Positions 18,629 to 27,356 of a DNA stretch of 63,083 nt are shown here, one piece after another; position 1 is the stretch's first letter, and each line of letters begins with the position of its first letter. The notes beneath the pieces are model-generated. The model saw only the letters and a list, made by a program, of their open reading frames with translations, did not search any database and was not told where the DNA came from. The DNA is from a virus (taxonomy: Duplodnaviria > Caudoviricetes). A program made the position numbers and the translations under genes. The stretch covers positions 1 through 63,083 of IMG/VR virus record IMGVR_UViG_3300030376_004411. One strand, written 5' to 3'.

Positions 18629-19086
18629 GTTTAAAAGGTGTTGATGTAGGTATAGGCACAAATTCACCTGCTGGTAAATTACACGTTGTAGGAACCACAA
18701 AAATAGAGGGTGGTATACTTAAAAATTACACAGAAGCTCTTTATATGTATGATGCAGCAGGAGGATTGTATGGTGCTGCGGCTCAAGTTTCAACAGATGG
18801 TAACTTTTGTCTAATTAAACCAGAAACAGGACCGGGTGTTGGAAGTATACCAGTTTATTTACCAGAAGGTACAGCAGCTAAGGTCGGGTTTGAGACAACA
18901 ATTGTTAACGATGTATCAAACAATCCAGCTAGTACCTTAACAGTTTCAGTAGCACAAGGTACTTCAAATGTAATTTATGAAGGTTCTAGTAACAGTGCAT
19001 CCTCTACAGTTACAATAGGTACCTATAAAGGAGCTAACAAAACGTTCCTTTTAGTGGATACTGGTATCTGGATAGTCAAGGCTTAG
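18556..19086 (+). CDS. Out-of-frame C-terminal continuation of the fibre
   Basis: Frame open from 18556, well before ATG 18745, reading IIRFATDTFKFY..VGIGTNSPAGKLHVVG. Confidence 0.7.
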   Translation, partial: PSIIRFATDTFKFYTDSGYSNNPLSLKGVDVGIGTNSPAGKLHVVGTTKIEGGILKNYTEALYMYDAAGGLYGAAAQVSTDGNFCLIKPETGPGVGSIPVYLPEGTAAKVGFETTIVNDVSNNPASTLTVSVAQGTSNVIYEGSSNSASSTVTIGTYKGANKTFLLVDTGIWIVKA

Positions 19087-19087
19087 A

Positions 19088-19101
19088 GAAACCTTTAAAT
19101 A
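19088..19101 (+). promoter_or_regulatory. BRE/TATA promoter
   Basis: GAAACCTTTAAATA ending 22 nt before ATG 19124. Confidence 0.65.
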
Positions 19102-19123
19102 TAACGGAGACTTATTCTTATTA

Positions 19124-19333
19124 ATGAAGCCTGAAGAGCGTGACGAGCTTCTTATTCGTATGGATGAAAGAGTTAAAACTATTTTTAACAGAATGGATAA
19201 GTTTGAGACTCTCTTCACAAATCATTTACACCACCATCAGATGTGGGAAGATGATATAAAAAGGCAAGTACGCTGGTTAGTTGGTGTAGCGCTCACAGCA
19301 GCTACTGGCGCAGGTGCATGGGGGATGATGTAA
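19124..19333 (+). CDS. Small coiled-coil protein with C-terminal TM segment (holin/XhlA-like candidate)
   Basis: LIRMDERVK coiled coil then WLVGVALTAATGAGAWG. Confidence 0.5.
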   Translation: MKPEERDELLIRMDERVKTIFNRMDKFETLFTNHLHHHQMWEDDIKRQVRWLVGVALTAATGAGAWGMM

Positions 19334-19334
19334 G

Positions 19335-19823
19335 ATGGCAGTAACAAGTATAACAACACTCGCTGGACTGAGAGACCGTATAAGACTCTTAGCAGGTATA
19401 GAACAAGAAGAACTAGACAACGAAACTCTAGACATTTTAATTAGTATGTCTACTGAGTGGTTTACTGAACAGACTAGTTTGACTTACGACGCTACTGACC
19501 CTATGGACAACGATGCTGCATATGATAATGCAGTAGCATATTATACTTGTTATTTAGCATCTATAGCACAGAATGGTATGGGTATAGAAAGAATACAAGT
19601 TGGTGACCTAGCAGTTTATTATGAAGATGATGCATATATACACTTCAAAGAACTAGCAGACCAACAGTTAGTCATGAAACAAAGCCTAAGTATAAAAACG
19701 ACAGGATATAATGCAGACCCATATCTTGGTAGAGTCAACTGGGATGAGAATGTCACTGGAGTCAATGCTACTAAGGATATGTATCCAGCACCACGTGGTA
19801 CTAGAGGCAGTGGAGGATATTAA
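19335..19823 (+). CDS. Putative head-tail adaptor
   Basis: LRDRIRLLAG..AVAYYTCYLA..IQVGDLAVYY; position after head genes. Confidence 0.6.
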   Translation: MAVTSITTLAGLRDRIRLLAGIEQEELDNETLDILISMSTEWFTEQTSLTYDATDPMDNDAAYDNAVAYYTCYLASIAQNGMGIERIQVGDLAVYYEDDAYIHFKELADQQLVMKQSLSIKTTGYNADPYLGRVNWDENVTGVNATKDMYPAPRGTRGSGGY

Positions 19824-20782
19824 TGCCGGGCCTGATTGGTTCACAAGGTGTCCGTCCGGGTGCCTTGAACATGAACAGGGTGTTTCGCGCACTGAGATAT
19901 CGAACTGAGCAAGCTCAGAAAGTAACTTATCACAGACCTGCTATTTATAAAACAGACAACTACGGAGTACCATCCGGAACTATAGGTTCTCAAGAGATTT
20001 TGGTACCTGATTTACCTGCAATTATTAGACCAACAGTAACCGCAGATTACCAACAAGAAAGGCAAGGTAATAACATTATTGGAGCTGCTAGAATATACAC
20101 TCCAAATATAACTACTATAAAAAACCTTCCCAACTTTGACCAAGATAACAATACTAACTTTAATGAAATAGAAGGATGGGACAGATTAATTACAAACTAT
20201 CGAACAATTTTTTATGTCCCTACCACAGGCACTACAGGTTGGTCTGGTACTGGCTCACTTGCTAGTGATGGAGAGAGTTTAACATTAACAGCTACTGGTG
20301 ATGGTAATTTATTATACGAAACTACTGCTAAAAATACCTTAGAAGCAGATAGATTAAGATTTAAGATAAGAGGTAGTGGTAGTGTAGAATTAAAAGCTAT
20401 TAGGTCTTATCATGGTGGCACTAATTCAGCATATAGAGTTAACTGGGACAATGACAATTTTGTGTTGCTAGATAACAATTGGCTTACAGTAGATGTACCA
20501 TTTGTAACAGGTACATCAGCAACAAGTATCTATCAAACTGGGACACGTTATAATGTACCAATTACTTCAGGGGCTTCGTTTGATTATGAAAACGACTTAA
20601 GAATTTTTAGGGTAGAATACAACGCAGACAACACAGACACATTACAAATAAAAGATATAGAGTATTACAAATCAGTATCATGGCACGTACATTCCTTGAA
20701 AGATATGACAGATGGATATATAATCTTCAACTGCGTTAGAACACGTGGTCGTGACGATGCTAGAAGGAGGGCATACGACTAA
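19823..20782 (+). CDS. Putative head-closure protein with inserted beta domain
   Basis: N-terminal VTYHR..TDNYG and C-terminal WHVHS..FNCVR flank a carbohydrate-binding-like segment; positional. Confidence 0.5.
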   Translation: MPGLIGSQGVRPGALNMNRVFRALRYRTEQAQKVTYHRPAIYKTDNYGVPSGTIGSQEILVPDLPAIIRPTVTADYQQERQGNNIIGAARIYTPNITTIKNLPNFDQDNNTNFNEIEGWDRLITNYRTIFYVPTTGTTGWSGTGSLASDGESLTLTATGDGNLLYETTAKNTLEADRLRFKIRGSGSVELKAIRSYHGGTNSAYRVNWDNDNFVLLDNNWLTVDVPFVTGTSATSIYQTGTRYNVPITSGASFDYENDLRIFRVEYNADNTDTLQIKDIEYYKSVSWHVHSLKDMTDGYIIFNCVRTRGRDDARRRAYD

Positions 20783-21306
20783 TGGCAGTAGACCACTTGA
20801 ATATAGTCGAACGTAAGTTAATCGACAACTTACGAGCCGGTACTTACAACACAGCCGCAGGCACCAGCACAGCATGGTCTGCTGACCCTCCAGACGTCAC
20901 AGTATTTGGGCAATTTCCAAGCACAGACCAAACAAAGTATCCAGCCATAATTACAGAAATGTCTGCGAACGGTATCGAAGAGCAATTCATGGGACAGAAG
21001 ATAACATTTGGAGCAAGCGATACTGCGGCAAAAGGGGAGCTCTATGGAGTAGGCTTTAAAATACACCTATTGGTAGATAGAGATAGCTCTATTATGATAG
21101 ATGGGGAGCCCTATAAAGAAAGAAGATTGCTTAATTATCTCATGCTTAATAGCGCTAATGTACTTATGGACGTGGATTATAACGCTACCACAACAGAGGT
21201 AGTAGAGCGTCATTTTACTGGTTTTACAGACATTGGATATAATCCTGAATTAGAGATATGGGCAGCTATGGCGACCATGGTGATTGTCTTTAAAAACAAT
21301 AGGTGA
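20782..21306 (+). CDS. Putative tail terminator/completion protein
   Basis: 174 aa; FP..YPAII motif; neck-region position. Confidence 0.55.
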   Translation: MAVDHLNIVERKLIDNLRAGTYNTAAGTSTAWSADPPDVTVFGQFPSTDQTKYPAIITEMSANGIEEQFMGQKITFGASDTAAKGELYGVGFKIHLLVDRDSSIMIDGEPYKERRLLNYLMLNSANVLMDVDYNATTTEVVERHFTGFTDIGYNPELEIWAAMATMVIVFKNNR

Positions 21307-21309
21307 TAG

Positions 21310-22989
21310 ATGGCCAACTTTAGTGTAGCTGGTAGGCAGTTCTTCCAACAGAATACATTTCGTTCAATAACAATTGGATTACAACCTTATCTACCGATTA
21401 CACAAAAATATAAGATGGGTTTATTACCTGCAACTGGGCCAGTTCCGGGCTTTGGTTATTTCAATATGGGACCTTCCCCTACACCAACTAGTACGCCTCC
21501 TAAAGCGTGGTCAGAAAGAATTAATGAAGGTAATACAGGTGCCTATCAAAGAACACCAAAAACAGGCAACCCGAATAATTTTAATGATGCACTCACGCAG
21601 GCTGATAGTTTGTCGGGAGCACCTGCTGCTGCACAAAACTTAGGTTTCTTGTTTTCTAGAATATTAGATGGTAAGATGGCAGGTGGGTTTGGTCGTAGGG
21701 CTGCAGGTTTTCGTCAGACAGATGTTAACGAAATAGAAGCTATGATGTTAGGAGAAGAGTTAGAAAAGTTAGACCCCAAGACATTCAAAGGTAAGAACAG
21801 TGAATTAAATAATGACATATTGTTTGAAAAAAACACCAAAGGTATGAGTAGCGAGACTTTTGATATTATGTTTAGTGAACGTGGTGGCTCGGGTATCCAA
21901 CAATCTATTAGTGGTATTTTTGGTAAAGAGATGACTAAGGGTAGTGTTGGTGTCGAAGTGTCTGTTGCTAAAGCAGGAACTCAAGGTGTTAAATTATTCA
22001 GTAGATTTGGTAAGAATGATATGAAGAAAGCAGGTGGTATAGATAAAGCCTTTGAAACCAATGTTAGAAAAATTGTTAAAGATATTAACGCAGATATTTT
22101 AAAAGCTGGAAAAAGATTTGATAAACAAGCTAAGTACGGGGATAGTATCAAGCCAGTATTAGCTAGGGAAAGTTTTGGTACAAGTACACTTCATGATAAA
22201 TTTACACGTGAGTTAATTGACCGTGTTTCTAGATTAGCTAAGGCAGGTAGTGGACAAGCAGCTAATGAATTAGCTTATAATTATCAAGTACCTTTAGGTT
22301 CTTTAGCCGAAGGTATGATGGGAATGGTGCGACTAGCAGGTACTACAGAGAATGGTTGGCCACAAATACTAGCAACTAATATAAAAGTCAAACAAGTAGG
22401 GGGTGGTGGTAATATGGCAGATATGATGAAAACTAATGCACAAGAAAACGAATTAGCAATGGGTGCTGATTTTATGATTAAAGCAGATTTAATTCATCAA
22501 GCTTCTGCTAACTTAGCTATCGCTACTGATAGTAGGATAGACTCTGTTGGTACTATGATGACTTCCGATTTGACACAGAATGCTATAGGTGGTCTAGATA
22601 TTGCTGTTGGTGAAAGGTCAACTCGTGGAGATGGTGTGACTGGATTACTTCCTGCAGATATAGCAGCAGACTTGTTAAGACAAATCAAAGAATTTTATTC
22701 TAATCCGGGTTTTACAACTGACTTTGCTCTTTTTTATAAAAAACTACTACATGATAGTGGAGATTTATCTACAAAGTGGAGAGAATCTGCACAAGGAAAA
22801 GGTAGAGGTATGTCTGAGAAATTTATTTATGGTGACAATGACCCTCAGTTTAAAGGTTATGGTGTTTGGAGTGGTGGTCAGTATTCTTGGCAGGATGGCT
22901 TAATAGGTCAGAATTTATCTATTTCTCCATTCTTAACGTCTAGACGTGCAGGTGTTTATGCTTTTGATGGTAAGCAAGCTACTATATAG
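21310..22989 (+). CDS. Hypothetical virion-associated protein (559 aa)
   Basis: Long Gly-rich ORF in the neck region; GGTGA SD. Confidence 0.7.
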   Translation: MANFSVAGRQFFQQNTFRSITIGLQPYLPITQKYKMGLLPATGPVPGFGYFNMGPSPTPTSTPPKAWSERINEGNTGAYQRTPKTGNPNNFNDALTQADSLSGAPAAAQNLGFLFSRILDGKMAGGFGRRAAGFRQTDVNEIEAMMLGEELEKLDPKTFKGKNSELNNDILFEKNTKGMSSETFDIMFSERGGSGIQQSISGIFGKEMTKGSVGVEVSVAKAGTQGVKLFSRFGKNDMKKAGGIDKAFETNVRKIVKDINADILKAGKRFDKQAKYGDSIKPVLARESFGTSTLHDKFTRELIDRVSRLAKAGSGQAANELAYNYQVPLGSLAEGMMGMVRLAGTTENGWPQILATNIKVKQVGGGGNMADMMKTNAQENELAMGADFMIKADLIHQASANLAIATDSRIDSVGTMMTSDLTQNAIGGLDIAVGERSTRGDGVTGLLPADIAADLLRQIKEFYSNPGFTTDFALFYKKLLHDSGDLSTKWRESAQGKGRGMSEKFIYGDNDPQFKGYGVWSGGQYSWQDGLIGQNLSISPFLTSRRAGVYAFDGKQATI

Positions 22990-22990
22990 A

Positions 22991-23004
22991 GAAAGCTTTA
23001 AATA
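22991..23004 (+). promoter_or_regulatory. BRE/TATA promoter for tail genes
   Basis: GAAAGCTTTAAATA, near-identical to the 19088 element. Confidence 0.6.
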
Positions 23005-23080
23005 CTATGTAATGTTAAAATTTATGTACGAGTGTAATGTCTGTATTGAAGGTCTAGACAAAAAATAAGGAGAAAATAAA

Positions 23081-23854
23081 ATGACATATTTCCTAGGAAG
23101 AGATGTAGAAGTATATCTAACTACAGAATCCGCAACTGCACCATCAGGTGGTAACGCATGTTCTATTGTTGTTGACACAGTCAGCGGAGCAAAATTATTG
23201 CGTTCAGATGATGGAGGTTCAGAAGACCCAGTAAGTGGTTCGATGATTCCACAGATGGAGTTCGCAGCAGCAGTAAGTGGTTCAGTATTAGATTTGACAG
23301 GAATTGACCTGTCTATAGGAGTTTCTGATGAAGATGTCGGTCCTTTCTTAGGAGCACCACAAATTATGCAAAAGGTGGAACTAAGAAAAGAAACAGTAGT
23401 TACCTTAACACGAAAGAAATCTGATAATTTTTTCGATATCGTGTTTAACGGTCCTGTTGAAACCGGTAGCTTTATTCAAGGCAACAGCGCAGATGCTAAA
23501 AGAATGGGTGCACGTTATGGATTACAATTCAGTGACGCAACCACAGCAAAAATTAGTGATGGACAATATTACATGAAAGATGTATCAGACATCGCAGCCA
23601 ATCCCGCAACAAACTGTTGCTACGGTTACAGAATACACATGGTATTAAAACCAAGTGGAGCAGCTTCAGAAGAAGTTTTTGTAGTTAAAAATGCAGTAAT
23701 GACTGGACACACTGTGTCCCTTAACGCAGATGGAGTAACAGAAGAAAGTGTTGAGTTTACTTCTTCAGTCGCACCAGCACCTTTCGTACCTACCGCAGCA
23801 GTCGGTAGCGATGGATGGTCTGATTTTGCACCAACAACAATGGCGGAGCTCTGA
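23081..23854 (+). CDS. Putative tail tube protein, paralog 1
   Basis: FLGRDVE, KETVVTLTRKKSD, HTVSLNADGVTEESVEF; AGGAG SD. Confidence 0.65.
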   Translation: MTYFLGRDVEVYLTTESATAPSGGNACSIVVDTVSGAKLLRSDDGGSEDPVSGSMIPQMEFAAAVSGSVLDLTGIDLSIGVSDEDVGPFLGAPQIMQKVELRKETVVTLTRKKSDNFFDIVFNGPVETGSFIQGNSADAKRMGARYGLQFSDATTAKISDGQYYMKDVSDIAANPATNCCYGYRIHMVLKPSGAASEEVFVVKNAVMTGHTVSLNADGVTEESVEFTSSVAPAPFVPTAAVGSDGWSDFAPTTMAEL

Positions 23855-23859
23855 TATTT

Positions 23860-24456
23860 ATGGTATTTTTCTTAGGTAAAGACGTAGAAATTAAAATAAG
23901 TACAGAATCTAATAGAGGTGTTGCAATTACACCAGCCGGTGGAGCATCAAGTCAAATAGCAGCAATCACTGCTAGTCCAGCAGGTACTTTCAATGTTAAA
24001 GCAGTAGGTAATGAAGATGCAGCTTTTAATCAATTGACAGCAGCTGAAGTAAGTATTGGTGCTATGGATGAAGACATATCATATTTCGGTATGAGGTCTC
24101 AAACCAAAGCTGAAATCAAAAAAGAAACTACACTAACATTAACACGTAAAAAGACAGATGAATTCATGGATGTATTATTTAACGAAGTACGATATGGTGC
24201 TTTAAGTGGAAGTAGTGCAGCTGATGATGGTTTAGCACAACCAACCACAGACCGTGGTTACAGACTATTTATAGTAAACAATGTAAACAGTGGAACAGCA
24301 GAAGTAATAACATTAAAAGGTTGCTGCATACAAAGTCACACTGTTACAATGAATACAGATGGAACTCAAGAAGAAACAATAGAGTTTATGACGTACGTAC
24401 TTCCTTCATTCGGAACGAACGGAGATGACGGAGCCATAGACCCAACGGAGTTGTAG
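23860..24456 (+). CDS. Putative tail tube protein, paralog 2
   Basis: FLGKDVE, KETTLTLTRKKTD, HTVTMNTDGTQEETIEF align with paralog 1. Confidence 0.65.
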   Translation: MVFFLGKDVEIKISTESNRGVAITPAGGASSQIAAITASPAGTFNVKAVGNEDAAFNQLTAAEVSIGAMDEDISYFGMRSQTKAEIKKETTLTLTRKKTDEFMDVLFNEVRYGALSGSSAADDGLAQPTTDRGYRLFIVNNVNSGTAEVITLKGCCIQSHTVTMNTDGTQEETIEFMTYVLPSFGTNGDDGAIDPTEL

Positions 24457-24460
24457 ATAT

Positions 24461-25522
24461 ATGAGCGGATATAAATTCGGCGGACACGTCAACATAGGAT
24501 ATAATCCTAACTTCGACCCAGCCGTGACTGACCAGTATGCATCAACAGGTGCTAATGCTACGATAGTCGCAGGTGAAGGAAATACCCTAAAGGGACTTTA
24601 CAACTATGCATTTGGAAGAGATAATCAAATACTTGGTGAAACAGCACACTCTAACTTTGTGGCAGGAACTGGTAACATTGTTTCTGGTAATAGTGACAGT
24701 CACGTTGCGATAGGAAAAGCAAACACAATACAAGCTTCTGCAGCTTATTCCACTGCATTTGGATATTTAAATACAATCAAAGATGGCTCTGTAGCAGCTA
24801 TTATTGGAGGTATAGGTTCTAATGCTGCAGGTTTAGGAGCTATAAGTATAGGATATCTATCAAATGCTACTGGTAGTTACACTTTAGCACTTGGGAAAAA
24901 TGCAAAATCTTCAGCACAAGATGCAATGGGTCTCGGAACTGGTGGAACTGGTTCAGCAACTTTTGCTACAGGTATTTGTGGAAAAGCCACAGCAACAAAA
25001 GCTATTTCTATCGGAAGTGGCTCACAAGCAGCAACAAGTGGTTCGATAGCTATTGGTAGAGGTACTATGGGTGCAGGACGATTAGGTGGTATTAGGTTCA
25101 ATGCTAACGGTGCAAAAAGTATTAGTGACAGTTATCAAATTTGTCAGTCACTAGGTGCAACAACTGACGCAACCCCAACTAAAATATTTTTAGCAAGCGG
25201 TGGTTCAACAGATGGTAATTTTGTGATAGATACTTCAACATGTGTACACTTTGATGTGATTGTTCAAGGTACAGATGATACTAGTAGTACAGTCGGTTGT
25301 ATTTATAGAATAGAGGGTGTAGTTAACAGAGATAACAATGGAAGTAACAACCCAGCCTTTTTAGGTTCAGTTACTACAACAGTTATTCACGAAGAAGATG
25401 CTGGTATGAATGCCGCTATAACTATAGACAATACTAACAAATGTTTAGATTTGACTGTCACTGGTAAAGCAGCAACCAACTTAAACTGGTTAGCAACTTG
25501 GCACGCACACCAAAATCAATAA
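24461..25522 (+). CDS. Fibre/spike protein with YadA-head-like repeats
   Basis: ~14-aa repeats with AISIG/ALG/SIAIG. Confidence 0.7.
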   Translation: MSGYKFGGHVNIGYNPNFDPAVTDQYASTGANATIVAGEGNTLKGLYNYAFGRDNQILGETAHSNFVAGTGNIVSGNSDSHVAIGKANTIQASAAYSTAFGYLNTIKDGSVAAIIGGIGSNAAGLGAISIGYLSNATGSYTLALGKNAKSSAQDAMGLGTGGTGSATFATGICGKATATKAISIGSGSQAATSGSIAIGRGTMGAGRLGGIRFNANGAKSISDSYQICQSLGATTDATPTKIFLASGGSTDGNFVIDTSTCVHFDVIVQGTDDTSSTVGCIYRIEGVVNRDNNGSNNPAFLGSVTTTVIHEEDAGMNAAITIDNTNKCLDLTVTGKAATNLNWLATWHAHQNQ

Positions 25523-25531
25523 GGAGATAAT

Positions 25532-25804
25532 ATGAGTATAGAATTACCAACACCAGTAAAACCAGCTAAAAGCTGGTCCTATGTAGGAGTAAGCAAGTAC
25601 ACAGTTGTATTAAATTACAACCATCCAGACTATGATGAAGATAATATGTCATTACACTATGAGATGTTATCTGATGATGTCAAAACAGCTTTTGATGATT
25701 TAAAAGTTGTAGATGATTCTGAAGTTGATTTATTCTTTGATGAAATCGATGAATATGAACATAAGACAGAAATGCTAGCTCTTATAGCAGCTTTAGAAGC
25801 TTAA
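25532..25804 (+). CDS. Hypothetical acidic protein
   Basis: 90 aa; AGGAG SD. Confidence 0.7.
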   Translation: MSIELPTPVKPAKSWSYVGVSKYTVVLNYNHPDYDEDNMSLHYEMLSDDVKTAFDDLKVVDDSEVDLFFDEIDEYEHKTEMLALIAALEA

Positions 25805-25867
25805 ATCTAAAACTAATTGATGGTGGGGTTGTGCTCCGCCATCTAACAATGTAAGGAGAGAAAAAAA

Positions 25868-26698
25868 ATGTTTATAATAAATGCAAGCTTACCCCGTGCG
25901 GGGTCAACTTTATTTTCGAATATTATGGGTAACCACCCAGATATTTATGCAAGCCCTACCAGCTCACTAGTTGAACTAGTGTATGGAGGACATTATGCTT
26001 GGTCAGAATCTTTGGACACTGCAACCGAAGGTATTGACCCAGATAATAAGTATTATACTGATAAAAGAGCCGAATCTGTGAAAAGTTTTCTAAACAAAGG
26101 TATTGAAGTATACTATGATGAAGTAACAGATAAAAAACATGTTTTAGATAAAGGGCGTAAGTGGATATATTCGCCTAGTTTTGTGAAAGAAATATTACCA
26201 GACACAACTATTTTTTGTATGATTAGACATCCCTTTGATATATTTGCTAGTTTCGAAAAGATATACAGAACAACACCTATGATTAGTAAAAATGATGAAG
26301 GAAATACAGTTTTAGAAAGGGTAAATCATTGGTGGTTAACCGTACCGTCATTTAGAGTTTTTGATAAAATTGCAGCGTCAATTGAAATGAGAGACAATAA
26401 TGTGTATTTCATACCTTATGAGCTATTAACAGAAGAACCAGATAAGACGATGACCGAAATCTATAAATACTTAGGTATCGTAGATTATAAACACGATTTT
26501 AGTAACATTAAACAAGTTACGCATGAGACTGATGTACAAAGTATATATGGTACTCATAAAATCAGACCCGAAGTAAAACCTATAAAACAAAACCCTGTAG
26601 AAATACTAGGGGTAGAAGCATGCCTAGCTATACAACAAAAGCTAGGTTGGTTTATGGATTATTTTGGATACGAAAAATTAGAACAGGAGAAAGAATAA
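25868..26698 (+). CDS. PAPS-dependent sulfotransferase
   Basis: 5'-PSB SLPRAGSTL, LDK, 3'-PB IRHPFDIFASF, YELLTEEP..IYKYLG. Confidence 0.85.
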   Translation: MFIINASLPRAGSTLFSNIMGNHPDIYASPTSSLVELVYGGHYAWSESLDTATEGIDPDNKYYTDKRAESVKSFLNKGIEVYYDEVTDKKHVLDKGRKWIYSPSFVKEILPDTTIFCMIRHPFDIFASFEKIYRTTPMISKNDEGNTVLERVNHWWLTVPSFRVFDKIAASIEMRDNNVYFIPYELLTEEPDKTMTEIYKYLGIVDYKHDFSNIKQVTHETDVQSIYGTHKIRPEVKPIKQNPVEILGVEACLAIQQKLGWFMDYFGYEKLEQEKE

Positions 26699-27060
26699 TG
26701 GAAGAAAAGAAAATTTGGTCTATGGATGACCTAGTCGCACTAACTGATGAAGTGCAAATAGATGAAGTAGTTTTCCGAGGTGGAGTAGTAGAGTTCCAAT
26801 ACTGTGAATTAACAGAGAAAGAAGAACCAAAACTACCTGCAGTAAACGATAGTTTACCAGAAGATGAAAAGATGGGAATGTATCAGGAACTTGGTTCAAA
26901 AAGAGTCATGAAAATGATATCAAAAGCAAATGAAAAAAACCCAGACGGACCTATAATTTCAGAAGAACAATGGGCACATATCCCTACAACCTTGAGATAC
27001 AATATATCTAACAAGATTCTAGGAGCTGAGGAGTTAGCACAAGCAAATTTTCAGAACTGA
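26698..27060 (+). CDS. Tail assembly chaperone (gpG-like)
   Basis: Likely start ATG 26698 (TAATG, AGGAG SD); acidic; lies before the tape measure gene; ends in a slippery heptamer. Confidence 0.7.
   Translation: MEEKKIWSMDDLVALTDEVQIDEVVFRGGVVEFQYCELTEKEEPKLPAVNDSLPEDEKMGMYQELGSKRVMKMISKANEKNPDGPIISEEQWAHIPTTLRYNISNKILGAEELAQANFQN
27045..27051 (+). other. Predicted -1 ribosomal frameshift site A-AAT-TTT
   Basis: X-XXY-YYZ in codon register; -1 frame AAA TTT TCA GAA CTG ATG runs into the next ORF. Confidence 0.75.
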
Positions 27061-27356
27061 TGCTGGAATCGCCTGATGCGGTACTTCTATACGTCCCACT
27101 GATGAAAGATTTAGGGATGAGATGGGCAGATATAAAGGAAACGCCACGTCATGAACTGATAGGTTTACTCAGTGCACACGCAGAGTATGAGACCTTTCAT
27201 TCAATGGACGGGTATAGTGAAAAAGATATAAGTGAAATGGCTAAAGATAAGCCAGAAATACGTTCACAGTATATAAAATATATGCAGTGTCGTAGGAAAT
27301 ATGAGGAAATGCTCGGAGGGAAACGACAACAACCAACATTCAAAGGAATAATATAG
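27060..27356 (+). CDS. Tail assembly chaperone, gpT-like segment
   Basis: In the -1 frame of the upstream ORF; directly precedes the tape measure gene. Confidence 0.7.
   Translation: MLESPDAVLLYVPLMKDLGMRWADIKETPRHELIGLLSAHAEYETFHSMDGYSEKDISEMAKDKPEIRSQYIKYMQCRRKYEEMLGGKRQQPTFKGII

Noticed and set aside
12029-18668. Diversity-generating retroelement or invertase shufflon acting on the fibre
   Set aside because: No reverse transcriptase or site-specific recombinase recognised; repeats are direct and no adenine-specific TR/VR pair was seen
26620-26697. Upstream start for the tail chaperone given in the ORF track
   Set aside because: Overlaps the sulfotransferase gene; ATG 26698 has an SD and TAATG coupling
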